The translations under genes were made by a program, and so were the position numbers. A DNA stretch of 48,623 nucleotides, filler included, from Catajapyx aquilonaris (Eukaryota), in NCBI GenBank assembly GCA_000934665.2. It is 2 parts of 2 records of this genome, joined end to end, with 100 filler letters (N's around TTAATTAATTAA, not from the genome) between each part and the next. Parts side by side here need not be neighbours in the genome. Positions count along the whole stretch, not along the records: positions 1 to 24,178 come from JYFJ02005557.1; 1 more part is not named here. One strand, given 5' to 3'. Positions 1 to 10,532 of this stretch are shown here, in pieces (position 1 is the first letter of the stretch; every line of letters begins with the position of its first letter). Below the pieces are notes generated by a model, which was not told where the DNA came from, ran no database searches, and was given only the letters and a program-made list of their open reading frames with translations.

Positions 1-1284
1 CTGCTCCCCTTTCATCCGTTACACTGGACTTGATTGGGAGTGGATGACATTCAATGTGGACCTTACATTAAATTGGCAGACAAGAGCATGTACCGGATTC
101 CTTCCCGATCATTCAGTAACTCCATGCATCCTGACTAATACTGGAAAGTGACAATAGTGTGATAATAAAGAATCGCCTTCTCAAAATAATATCCCCCTCA
201 GCCCGCTTATTCCGATGCCATGCATTGGTAAGCATGCACACACCCTTCGTCCCAGCATCAATCGCTACCTGCAAACAGTGGCAACGACAGAAAGAACGCT
301 AAGCACTCTCCACATGACGATGTCCGAACACGACCAGTTGCCAGGTAACGCCAAAGTCGTTGTTTACACTTGTTATATGCTATTGTGTCCAGCACTGTAC
401 AGTTTTAACCATTCCAAAATCATTACTGCAATAATATCAGATGAACACCTACAAACTGAATGCACAATTTTTCAACCCTCAGTACAGGTTATGCAAACGG
501 TGGTCATACACTACAGAGGCCAATTAGAGACTGGCCTACCAGGAAGTAGCCAAAGGAAGAAAATATGAGCACCCAATAATAATTTCATTGCTGCAAGGAA
601 GGGGACATGACAGCACGACGTCACAGTTCTGCAATTCACCTGTCACAGAGTCCAAGCCCAAGCAGCCCCCCTCTGCCATCAGGCTCAACAACAACTTCCT
701 TCACTTCTGTTCATTTCATTGATGTAAGTGAGGTGGTGGAGTACCCTCCATCTGACATCAACGAAGAACTCTACCGACCAAAATAGAGCCATGGCCTTCA
801 GCACTTTCCATCATAGTAAAAAAAAAAAAGAGGTCACGGTACATTTCCTTTGCTTGTGCCATCCTTTCAGCAGTCTTATTTTCACTTTCATCAGTCATTG
901 TCAAAAATCTTAATGAAATTGGCCCAGCACAACTTACTTAGTTGCCATGAGTTTTGTGTTAATTTTGTTTCCCACTGTGTCAGTCATGGGTGTTAAAATT
1001 AAGAAAAGGGTCATCTAGCAACACATATTTCCCAAAGGGAAGGGATGCCTCCTATTTATTCGGGCTGTAGTAGGTGCCATTACTATGAACCTCCGAAACT
1101 ATGTCTTTCAAAACATGCCACTGGCTGATGCATCTGTCATATTGTTCAGTGCACCCATATTTGTGGCAGTGCTTGCCAGAATATTTTTGAAAGAGTTCTG
1201 TGGAGTGATAAATACAGTATGCACTGCCTTCACTGTTGCTGGTATATTGTTGGTGGCAACACCTGACTTTATATTTGGAGACAA

Positions 1285-1568
1285 CAACCGAAGCAGGTTG
1301 GCATAGTGGATAAGGCGTCCGACTGCTAATCGGGAGGTCCTGGGTTCGAATCCCGGAGCCGGCAACTCTGACCGTGGTTTTCTGTGGTTTCCCACGGTCC
1401 TTCCAGGAAAATTCCGGAGTTGCTTCCATAATTAATAGGCCACAGCCGCTTCCTTCCATCCCTATCCTATCCCAAAAAGCGCCGTAAAATGAAAGCAAAG
1501 AGTTCCAGGCAAAACAAAAAACTTCCCCCCTAAAGAGCCGATAGGCTGATAACGGGGTATGAATTATA
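1285..1568 (+). mobile_element. tRNA-derived SINE (family A) inserted in the pseudogene
   Basis: A box TGGCATAGTGG, B box GGTTCGAATCC, tRNA-like head followed by a non-tRNA body and AT-rich tail. Exact 16-bp TSD TTATATTTGGAGACAA at 1269-1284 and 1569-1584. Confidence 0.92.
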
Positions 1569-1623
1569 TTATATTTGGAGACAATTCCCTGAACTCATCT
1601 GAACATTCTTACCTCTGGAAGGG

Positions 1624-1855
1624 CTGACGACCCAAGCAAAAACCCAGTATGTGTGGTTTTTATCATTTCGAGATAAGCGCATTTGAAGTTTTCACTTTCC
1701 ATTGAAAAAGATATACATACATGGTTTTACTATGCCCCTAACTTTGCAACGGAGACTCGTAGAGAAATGAGGTTTGTGTCATTACGTAGGCCACCTAAAG
1801 GGGATTGTAGTGGTCTGCTTAGCTGCGCGTACATGGTTTTTGCTTGGGGCGTCAG
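1624..1855. mobile_element. 232-bp MITE, 21-bp TIR, 4-bp TSD
   Basis: TIRs CTGACGACCCAAGCAAAAACC (1624-1644) and GGTTTTTGCTTGGGGCGTCAG (1835-1855), 1 mismatch. AGGG duplicated at 1620-1623 and 1856-1859. Removing the element and one TSD restores CTC TGG AAG GGG TTT GTT GCT GCC (LWKGFVAA), matching paralog WQG/WEG motifs. Confidence 0.9.
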
Positions 1856-2775
1856 AGGGGTTTGTTGCTGCCCTTACCAGTACTCTGTTGGCCTCTTCCC
1901 TGTTTATTGTGTTGAGGAAGCTCCGCAGGGTCCCAGTTGAAGTGGTCATTTTACACTTTGCAAATGTTGCATTGCTGCTTGCTGGCAGTACAGCTCTGAT
2001 AGTGAAGGGCCATTGTGCATGCCCACCTGCAAGTCTGATCATGAATTATGGTCCGACAGAGTATTGGTGGCCTTGGCTTTGGTAGCCAGATATTCCTCAC
2101 TATGGCCCTGAAGTGGGAAGAGGCAGGACCAGTGTCCATAGCACTTACATCAAATATCATCTTTGCTTTCATATGACAAAAGTTATTCTTTGATGAAGTT
2201 CCAAGCAACGTGACTGTAGCAGGAGCTGTTCTTGTGTCTTTCTCAGTTGTGGCCACTGGGGTGCAGAAGTGGATTGTTGCATTGCCATCTAATTCACCTG
2301 CAAAGAGAAGGTTAATATACTTGACTCAATGGTAACATGAAACTCACAATAATACAGAACCAGATATTGCATGTAATATTTTCCTTGATGTGTCATGAGT
2401 CATTTAACAATGTGGGGAAAATGCTAATTATGTCACAATAAATTGAATTTAATAACGTGCTCTGTACTTTTAATATACATACATGCAGTATTCCACTCTA
2501 AAAGTGAAAGTCATTAAAATAAATGAAGACGTCACTTGCCAAAGGGCCCAACTCCCAAAATGTCAAAAAACCATTTTATTGTGGATTCCTACTCTTGGAG
2601 TCGGGCCTCACAGCCCTGGTGAAGATGAAGGGCCCAAGTCAACCAGAATTGCCTTAAAACTGAATCATAAACTGCAAAACTCCATAATATGGAGCAATGA
2701 AGCATATAATTATGGAGTTTTTTTCTCTCTCCTGAAAACTTCACCTTGTGGAGTTAGGCCCTTTGGCAAGTGACA

Positions 2776-3256
2776 TCTTCAATTTATTCCTTTTATAGGG
2801 AAATGTCATCTATGATATTACAATCCTTGCGGTGTTTGACCGAGCCCTCTGATTGGTCCACAGCATTTTGTTCCCGCCACCTCCCCATTGGCCTGCATCC
2901 TAATCATACACAATGGGGTGTAAACAACAACTCTGTTGGGTTGCCAGGGAAACTGTCCATTACTTCTCTGTATTGTTGCCCGGTTGGCACTACTGTGAAG
3001 TTGTTTACAGAGTCAGTTCCTGTGGTCAGTTCCCTCTATGGAACGACAGACACAGGACAGACATGTTCTCACTTCTCACTAATCGGGCCGTTCGAAGACT
3101 GCTGGAGGGCTAACGTTACACCCTCCCCCGGGCCCCCCCACGATATGGTGCGCCGAATAGGTACCCAGGCCGCAGGCCTAGAAAAGAGCGAGCAAAGCGA
3201 GTGATTTTCTCGGCCTGTGCCCTAGGAAAATGCGAGCGGAGCAAGGGTTTTCCTAG
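2776..3256 (+). mobile_element. possible non-autonomous Helitron-like element
   Basis: GC-richer island ending in inverted repeat CTAGGAAAA...TTTTCCTAG followed by T (3253-3257), preceded by a similar decayed hairpin (~3178-3210). The A|TC 5' boundary at 2775/2776 is a guess. Confidence 0.35.
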
Positions 3257-3759
3257 TAACTTAATAGCTTATTTGTTCAGTTTTTGTTTGTTAGCATATA
3301 TATTTTGGTGATTTAATACATTCTTGCTATAACTGCAGTAGGATACTAATGAGAGATTGGTGCATGAGGGACACAATTCAGCAGTCCACATACAAAATTG
3401 ACAATTCTTGAGATCTGATTTTACTGCTCTATACCAATTATGTGCACATTAGTCTTCAATGTAGGGTCCATGAACACCTCAGGAGCAACCAGCCTCTCCC
3501 AAGGTGTCACAAAAATCTGAGGTATAATAATAATAATTGTAACTCTAGTAATGTTTTTCATCACACTTTTCACTACGGTACTATTGGTGGTAACAGCAGT
3601 GAAAATCATATGTAGAAAAATCACCCTTAGTTTTATGAAGAAACTTAACCAACCTGGCAACTACATAGAGATAGTCATAGCTATGAATTAATGACCTTAT
3701 ACATTCAAATCACAGCATCTAATAAAAAATTTAACAATTTATAGAGTAACACATTGGTG

Positions 3760-4081
3760 CAGTGGCGTCGCTAGGCAGGTGCGGACCGCACCGGGTGACA
3801 CCCTCAAAGGGGGTGACACCCAAGTGATTGTTAAAGAATTATTTCCTAATTTTATATCACCTAATACGCTAATAGCACCGCGACACCAGGTGACACGAGT
3901 GACACAGGGACACCCTCAAAGGGGGTGATAACATGAGAGCTTCATTAGTACTAAAAAATAACCAAGTATTCTGTACGGTCGGGCATGGGAGAGGGTCCTG
4001 GCCCTCGGGCCAGGGGTGGTGAAGGGGGGGTGACACCACGAGTTGCCGCACCGGGTGACAACAACACTAGCGATGCCACTG
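3760..4081. mobile_element. hAT-superfamily MITE (322 bp)
   Basis: 15-bp TIR CAGTGGCGTCGCTAG / CTAGCGATGCCACTG (1 mismatch); exact 8-bp TSD CATTGGTG at 3752-3759 and 4082-4089; repeated subterminal GGGTGACA(C) motifs. An 8-bp TSD with CAG termini is typical of hAT. Confidence 0.9.
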
Positions 4082-4319
4082 CATTGGTGTTCCCTTCTAC
4101 ACAAACATGAAACGTTTTACCAATAAATCTAACAGCAGTGTTTTTCATTCCAAGGTACTTAGAAGCCACAGAACCATAGCATCCAAGAGAACATGAAAAC
4201 TTCAACTGCAACTGCCAACTGGTTTGCATCAAACTTAGCACCTTCACACCAAGATAACACTCAGCTAAACAAGAACCTGTTACTTCAGAACGCAGTAACA
4301 AGCTCCCTCCAGTGCTTAC

Positions 4320-5360
4320 ATGGAACCACCCCAAATTTGTGCACAAGCGTCTTTACTGACACTGAATGCCAGTCCAGTTACAATATCTACCGTGCCTTCA
4401 TACCCTTCCGTGACTGGAAAAAAGAGGCGGTACCTTGGACTTGCCATTGCTGTCACTTCATCAATCTTCTTCTCCTTGTCTACAGTCATTGTTAAGAAAA
4501 TGGATAACCTCAGTCCAAACCTGATGACTGCATATCGCTTTGTAGGGATCCTACTGCCAACCCTTCCTATCATAACTATGACTGACTCAGTCAGAGAACT
4601 TTTATTTCCAAGAAACAAGAGGGCACTCTTGTTCATCCGTGGGGTGGCAGGCAGCACATCCATGATGCTAATCTATTACGCCTTTCAAATCATGCCGCTA
4701 GGAGATGCATCTGTCATCATGTTCAGCCAGCCCATTTTTGTGCCTATTTTTGCAAAGATATTTTTGCAAGAGAGTTGTGGAATCATGCATGGAATCTGCA
4801 TTGCTCTCACTCTCACTGGCTTAGTGCTTATTGCCAGACCAAGCTTTTTGTTCGCCAATCACGGACAGATGGTTGATAACTACTGGAAAGCATGTTTTGC
4901 AATCTTGGGAGGCACTGTCATCAATTCCACCATATTTGTTGTGCTGAGAAAGCTTCAAGACGTGCCAGTTAATGTAGTTTTGCTTCACTTTAGTGTCATT
5001 GCCATTGTGATGTCAAGTTTTGTAACAACAGTATTTGGTGGCTGGTGTATACCTGTATGTGGCAAGGAACGGTGGATGATTGTAGCCCTGGGTGTGCTCG
5101 GCTTTGGAGCACAGGCCTTACTCACATTGTCACTCCAACTGGAGCAAGCAGGACCTGTGTCTATTGCACTGACTTCAAACATCGTATTTGCTTTTATCTG
5201 GCAAATAATATTCTTTGAAGAAGACAAGGTCAATATTTGGAGTGTGACAGGAGCACTGCTAGTTACATCATCTGTGCTTGGCATTGGCCTCCGGGCTTGG
5301 GTTGCTGGACTTCCTACTAATTCCCGTACACAGCAGATGCTTCGCTGGATGATCAAGTAG
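4320..5360 (+). CDS. SLC35G1: SLC35G1-like EamA/DMT transporter, paralog 2 (346 aa, intronless CDS)
   Basis: Intact ORF with about 10 hydrophobic segments and family motifs YYAFQIMPLGDASVIMFSQPIF, IARPSFLF, VVLRKL, LQLEQAGPVSI, FAFIWQ. Confidence 0.9.
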   Translation: MEPPQICAQASLLTLNASPVTISTVPSYPSVTGKKRRYLGLAIAVTSSIFFSLSTVIVKKMDNLSPNLMTAYRFVGILLPTLPIITMTDSVRELLFPRNKRALLFIRGVAGSTSMMLIYYAFQIMPLGDASVIMFSQPIFVPIFAKIFLQESCGIMHGICIALTLTGLVLIARPSFLFANHGQMVDNYWKACFAILGGTVINSTIFVVLRKLQDVPVNVVLLHFSVIAIVMSSFVTTVFGGWCIPVCGKERWMIVALGVLGFGAQALLTLSLQLEQAGPVSIALTSNIVFAFIWQIIFFEEDKVNIWSVTGALLVTSSVLGIGLRAWVAGLPTNSRTQQMLRWMIK

Positions 5361-5540
5361 TTTTCAATGGCAAAAATGTACATTTTGGAAATACAGAAAA
5401 GGTGATGTGACTTTGCATTATTATCAAATGTGCATATCTGATGATAGGCTCTGTAATTCTTAGATTTACTATTTTGGATTTCCAAAACTGTACTATGCTT
5501 TACTGTTTTCTTACTTTTTCATTGCAATGAATGTGTGTCA

Positions 5541-5632
5541 TTTTCAGCTCGTATTTTGGGTTAACTTGCATCTCCTTCATCACTGACTACCCCTTTTAGA
5601 TAAAATGTTGGGATGAATGATAATGATGATGA
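5541..5632 (+). mobile_element. decayed 3'-terminal fragment of the RTE LINE family at 13067-14522
   Basis: TTTTGGGTTAACTTGCATCTCCTTCATCACTGACTACCCCTTTTAGATAAAATGTTGGGATGA-(GAT)n matches the reverse complement of ~13087-13165 and 16340-16420. Confidence 0.7.
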
Positions 5633-6429
5633 TATGTGGGATTGCAAGCAGCCAATTCCTGTCTGATGGCATTGTCTTCCTGCCACTGGTATTTGGCCAT
5701 CTCCAATGGGCACCTTACTTCTTCAACCCCCAACCTCTCCACTAACCACCACCTCCACCAACCACCCTCAACTAGCCTCAACCACCACATTCTCTCTCCC
5801 TCATTCTAAGCTCCTGGACCTACGTACAGCAGAATGACATTGTGCTTTATTGTCCCATCAATAGTTTTCAATGCATTACTGACTTCACAAGTTCCCATTT
5901 GTTTTCAGTTTTATTTAAATAGCAACCATTGTTATTCTAACAATATAATCAAACATATTTGAGGAAGAGTTGCAAGTTTATTTCATTTTGTGTGATCAAA
6001 AGAGAATTTCTCCAATAGAATTTGTTAGCTTTGACTTCTCTGCTGCCCAAGAGTAGCTTTTGTACTACTTCCCTCTTCTTGGCTGCTAAAATGGTGAGAA
6101 TAATGGCAGTGGAAGCAGTTCTAATGAAGCCAAAATGTACGGTGTGACAAGAAATTCTTCTGACACATGCCACACACATACATGATGTAATTATTTGACC
6201 TTCCAAGCTGACCTTCACAAAGGTAAGGTGATTGTTAACAGAGTTTATGGAAACACTTAAGTTCTTTTTATGTCACTGTAATTTCTCTTGATGCAAAGGT
6301 TAAAATAAGCAGATAATTACCAAAATGATGACACAAAAATAGTGGCAGCGGATACCATTAAAAGAAGAAAAAACCAGTTAACCACAAGACAACTATCACA
6401 CTGAAGGCCTTTCCATCCAAAGAGCTGCA

Positions 6430-7521
6430 ATGTCATATCCTCATCGCTGCAGTGGTTCAGTACAGACTGAGTTCCATCTGCAAAATGAATCAAACGTTGA
6501 CTACGAAATTACGGAAGTGATCGAGTTTTATGATGAAGGTTCCTTCCAAGAGTCAGATCATTCTGTCATTCAGAAGACAAGAAAACAGAGGTCTAGATAC
6601 TTGGGGCTCCTCTTTGCCATTCTTGCAGCCTTTTCAATATCCTTCGCAGGAGCCTTAGTTAAGACAGTGGACAATATCAGCTCCTTTCAAATAACTGCGT
6701 ATCGCTTCATGGCAATCTTGCTTCTTGCAGTACCAGTGTTGACTTGCCGAACAAGTGGGAAACCATCCTTACTGTCATACATATTCCCAAAGGGAAAGAA
6801 ACTACTGCTACTAATTCGTGGAGTAACAGGTGCTGCGGTGATGATGTCCAAATATTTTGCCTTCCAGAATATGCACTTGGCCGATGCATCTGTCATCATG
6901 TGTAGTTCGCCCATTTTTGTGACTATCCTTGCAAGAATAATCTTGAAGGAGAAATTTGGAATAGTCAACATAGCATGCATCTTCCTTACCATTTCAGGCC
7001 TTGCAATTGTTGCAATTTCTTCAACAAGAGAGCAAACAACAGCATGGCAAGGCGTCATGGCTGCTTTTGCAAGCACAATAATGAACTCATTTTTGTTCAT
7101 AGCCCTGCGAAAACTTCGTCAAGTTTCAGTTGAAGTTATCCTCCTGCACATGTCTAATGTGGCCATTGTGATTACAAGCTGTGCAACTGTTATAGAGAAA
7201 GGCAGCATGTGCATACCAGCATGTGACAAAGACCGTCTGATAGTCACTGCAATTGGATTGCTCAGCTTTGCAGCCCAGATGTTTCTGACTCTATCATTCA
7301 AGTGGGAGGAAGCAGGACCAGTATCTATTGCACTCACCTCAGATATAATGTTCTCCTTCATCTGGCAAAAACTAATCTTCAATCACGATTCCACTATCTG
7401 GAGCATCATGGGAGCAGTGTTGGTGGCATCCTCAGTCGTAGCCATAGGCCTCCGAAAGTGGATAGCTTCCCTTCCTCCTGGTTCACCTGGCCGGCGATGG
7501 TGTGGTTGGCTTACAAGATAA
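6430..7521 (+). CDS. SLC35G1: SLC35G1-like transporter, paralog 3 (363 aa, intronless CDS)
   Basis: Intact ORF; motifs RYLGLLFAIL, IFPKGK, YFAFQNMHLADASVI, IALRKL, KWEEAGPVSIALT; AATAAA about 20 bp after the stop. Confidence 0.9.
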   Translation: MSYPHRCSGSVQTEFHLQNESNVDYEITEVIEFYDEGSFQESDHSVIQKTRKQRSRYLGLLFAILAAFSISFAGALVKTVDNISSFQITAYRFMAILLLAVPVLTCRTSGKPSLLSYIFPKGKKLLLLIRGVTGAAVMMSKYFAFQNMHLADASVIMCSSPIFVTILARIILKEKFGIVNIACIFLTISGLAIVAISSTREQTTAWQGVMAAFASTIMNSFLFIALRKLRQVSVEVILLHMSNVAIVITSCATVIEKGSMCIPACDKDRLIVTAIGLLSFAAQMFLTLSFKWEEAGPVSIALTSDIMFSFIWQKLIFNHDSTIWSIMGAVLVASSVVAIGLRKWIASLPPGSPGRRWCGWLTR

Positions 7522-7845
7522 ACGACAGCTGTGGATGAAAAATAAACAGATGAATGTTTAAGGCCAAATTCAAGTTGCCCCTTTCTCGTCAAATGTACAC
7601 AGTAAGTTACAGTATTATTCACTTCCAGTTGTAATGAGCATGATCTCATGTGTAACACCTGAACTGTAATATCTGGTATAATTAACTTACATATTGTTAA
7701 TATTTGCCAAATTAAACTTTTAATGTAGATGTGTTGCATTTCTATCTCCTCCTTTCCCTTATATTGTTATCCTTGTCATTCTTTGGTCATTCCAAACTAA
7801 TGTCATTGCCCTTTCTCTTCTCCATTCAATTTCTTCCTACTCACA

Positions 7846-8456
7846 AGGGAACTGTAAGTGCTGTCAATTGAATTGCTGAATGAAACTTGGCGCAATAATA
7901 TGGGCACGTAAGTTATTAAACATATTCAAACTGTTTTGACAAAGTGCAACAAGGTCAAAAGTTATGACCTCTCGATGTCAGGCAGTAGAGCTTATCTTAC
8001 GAGCGAAGTTTCAGATATCACACTCAAAAATAGCAGACATTTTATTACATCACTGGAAGGGGATAATTACTCTGATTACAATGAGCTAAATTGCTAGATC
8101 TCAGCCAGATTTGAAAAAGTCACACTTAATTTGAGAGAAAATAATTTTTGTATAATTTTTTTTCCGAAAAAATTCAGAAGCGACTTTTTCAAATACGGCT
8201 GTGATCTAGCAATTTAGCTCGTTGTAATCAGAGTAATTATCCCCTTCCAGTGATGTAATAAAATGTCTGCTATTTTTGAGTGCGATAACTGAAACTTTGC
8301 TTGTAAGGTAAGCTGTCCTGCCTGACATCGAGAGGTCATAACTTTTGACCTCGTCGCGCTTCGTCAAAACTGTTTGAAATTTGTTTAATAACTTGTACCA
8401 AGTTTCATTCAGCAACTCCACTGATACCTGGGCTATGACAGCACTTCCAGTTCCCT
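7846..8456. mobile_element. ~610-bp foldback / long-TIR non-autonomous DNA element
   Basis: Arms ~7846-8128 and ~8176-8456 are reverse complements over nearly their whole length (e.g. TTATTACATCACTGGAAGGGGATAATTACTCTGATTACAA vs TTGTAATCAGAGTAATTATCCCCTTCCAGTGATGTAATAA), with a ~50-bp AT-rich spacer. Termini AGGGAACTG...CAGTTCCCT; TSD unclear. Confidence 0.88.
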
Positions 8457-9885
8457 AGTCCGCTTCACAATTTTTAAAATAGAAAACTTCACCCTTATTC
8501 CTCTCATTTCCAGCTTCAGGAAGTAACTGTGAATAAATTCTTAGAAGAAGTACACTACATTCCTTCCCCACACAGTCCTGAAAAGGCACCAAAAACATAA
8601 CCATTGGCTTGTGACGTACCGGTAACCTGAACAATTTTGATGCCCATAAGACAAAAAAATCAAGAGCCTGTAGTGATTAATATATTGTGACTGAAAGACA
8701 GCCCATTCCTTGGCAACTCGTGTTTACTTCTGTTACACTATTAACTTTTACATAATATTGTTATTCCCATTTTCTACAATTCTAAAAAGAGCTCAACACC
8801 GCACCAGATGGTAACACTTAACCAAAGGCAGTGTGTAGCTTATCTTAGGACTAGGCAGATGGAACTTCCTCAAACTCCAAGTCCTTCCTAACAAGCAAAT
8901 AACTAGAACCGTAAGTGTTGTGAAGTACAGGTATACTTTCTAAAACAAGAAATTTGACCAAACTAGGTATAAATGACACAATTTTTAAATGTGATGACAC
9001 ATTAACAAGTAGCCTAGTGTTATTTATTTACTGAGCCAGACATTACTGTGAAAATATACTAGATTACCGTACTAATCCTGAGCCTTTGGGTCACAACTAC
9101 TAACCCACTAAATGTTACAAGAGCAACTGCAGAGCCAATCTGTATATTTTTAACATCGAAACATTTTTATATCTACAGTAGCTGCCGGCACTTCCAGGAG
9201 AGAAATTAAATGTGGCAACCAATCTACTTTCGAATTGGAAAATCAAACTGACAAAAAATTGGTGTCCATGATTATTTTCTCTACCAATGGTATCACATTC
9301 AGGGTGAGTCAGAACTCCATGTCATTCTCCTACCAAAGTAATCTTTGGCCCACAACAGGTATAAAGAGGGGAGAGTAATGCCAAGAACATAACCAGTAAT
9401 GGCGTAAAGAATGACACACTTTTTCGAATACCCCTTAGACAAACACATTCACCTACATCATATCCTATGGAACATTTGCAAAAATAAGCCCCTTGGCAAA
9501 TTCTGTCACATGTTTCAGGCATTGTCTACATTCTAGACTTGTTTCAGGCCAACGAATATCTTGGTGGAAGATTGACCTTACTCTGTACAGATGTAGCATG
9601 TGCCATCAGAATAGGTGTGCATGGCATTATCACTAGAATCTGACTGCAACATTCCATGTATGCCACAGGCCTTCCCTCTGTGATATGTGAATGATTACTC
9701 AGAGCGACTCAGAGAGATTCAGATATGATCCCCATCATAGGCAGGCTAATTACTGCCATTACTACTTCTCTAATTGCAACCATGCTTGATGAAAAATTGA
9801 CATCCTGTATGAATGCACAATAACACTAGTCAACAAGGTTTGTGGCTCATGAACAATTTTAGGTGTTTCTAATGAATTCACACGC

Positions 9886-10120
9886 GCTGATTCCGAATAT
9901 GAATTTAGAAAGTGTCCATCACCCTCAATTTTTTTTGTAACAGCCATACATTATTTTGCGGAAAGTACACTGCACATTGCTCAATATGACTAATATACTG
10001 TATGGTCAACAATAGTTTTGTTAATTGCCCCATTTCACTTCTTACCATGTATTAGTATGTGCTGATTCCGAATATGAAGTCAAAATTTCAATATCGGCAT
10101 CCATTTTCTTGTAACAGGCC
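9886..10120. repeat. two-copy direct repeat (175-bp period), probably DNA-transposon internal/subterminal repeats
   Basis: GCTGATTCCGAATATGAA at 9886-9903 and 10061-10078, each followed about 35 bp later by TTGTAACAG(G)CC. Confidence 0.6.
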
Positions 10121-10532
10121 TTACTATACCGAGAAGGAATAGGAATCGCACATTCATGTACATGGGCCAAAAAAGAAGTTCAATTTTGTAATATAGGCTA
10201 CCTGAGGCTACTCAATAATGCACTTGGCAGAATGGCATGCTATCATTTAATGGCCTTTGCAGATGTTGCGTAAATCTCAAAGTTTACATCTACATTTTAA
10301 AAATGTGTGCAGTAATATCATGACTCACCTCTGTACTACTGTGGTTAAATACATTATCATATCCCTGTAATTGGTTTGTGAAACCATTACTTTAACAGAA
10401 CTCTCTCATGTTTATTTGCAGGGATCACAATACACAAGCCATTAATTTAATCAATTAACCAAAAAACTCAACTGCAAAAAGGATAAGGAAAAAAAAAACA
10501 CCAGCCACATGATTCAATGATCTCACGTAATA

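Larger units (their letters stand above)
607..2335 (+). pseudogene. SLC35G1-like transporter pseudogene (paralog 1 of array)
   Basis: Fragments translate to the family pattern seen in neighbours (RSRYISFACAILS..., IFPKGK...FQNMPLADASVILFSAPIF, LWKGFVAA...IVLRKL, KWEEAGPVSIALTSNIIFAF). Premature stops at 784-786, 939-941, 1016-1018 and 2174-2176 (conserved TGG>TGA), frameshifts, a SINE (1285-1568) and a MITE (1624-1855). Ancestral stop TAA 2333-2335; start ATG 607 is tentative. Confidence 0.9.

Noticed and set aside
1293..1364. tRNA gene (GCT anticodon-like loop), and similar heads at 11998 and 12425
   Set aside because: Imperfect stems, no long Ser variable arm, and each continues into a SINE body and tail bounded by TSDs.
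3785..4060. Repeated GGGTGACAC units as a CRISPR-like array
   Set aside because: Irregular spacing inside a TIR/TSD-bounded hAT MITE in a eukaryote; these are subterminal motifs.
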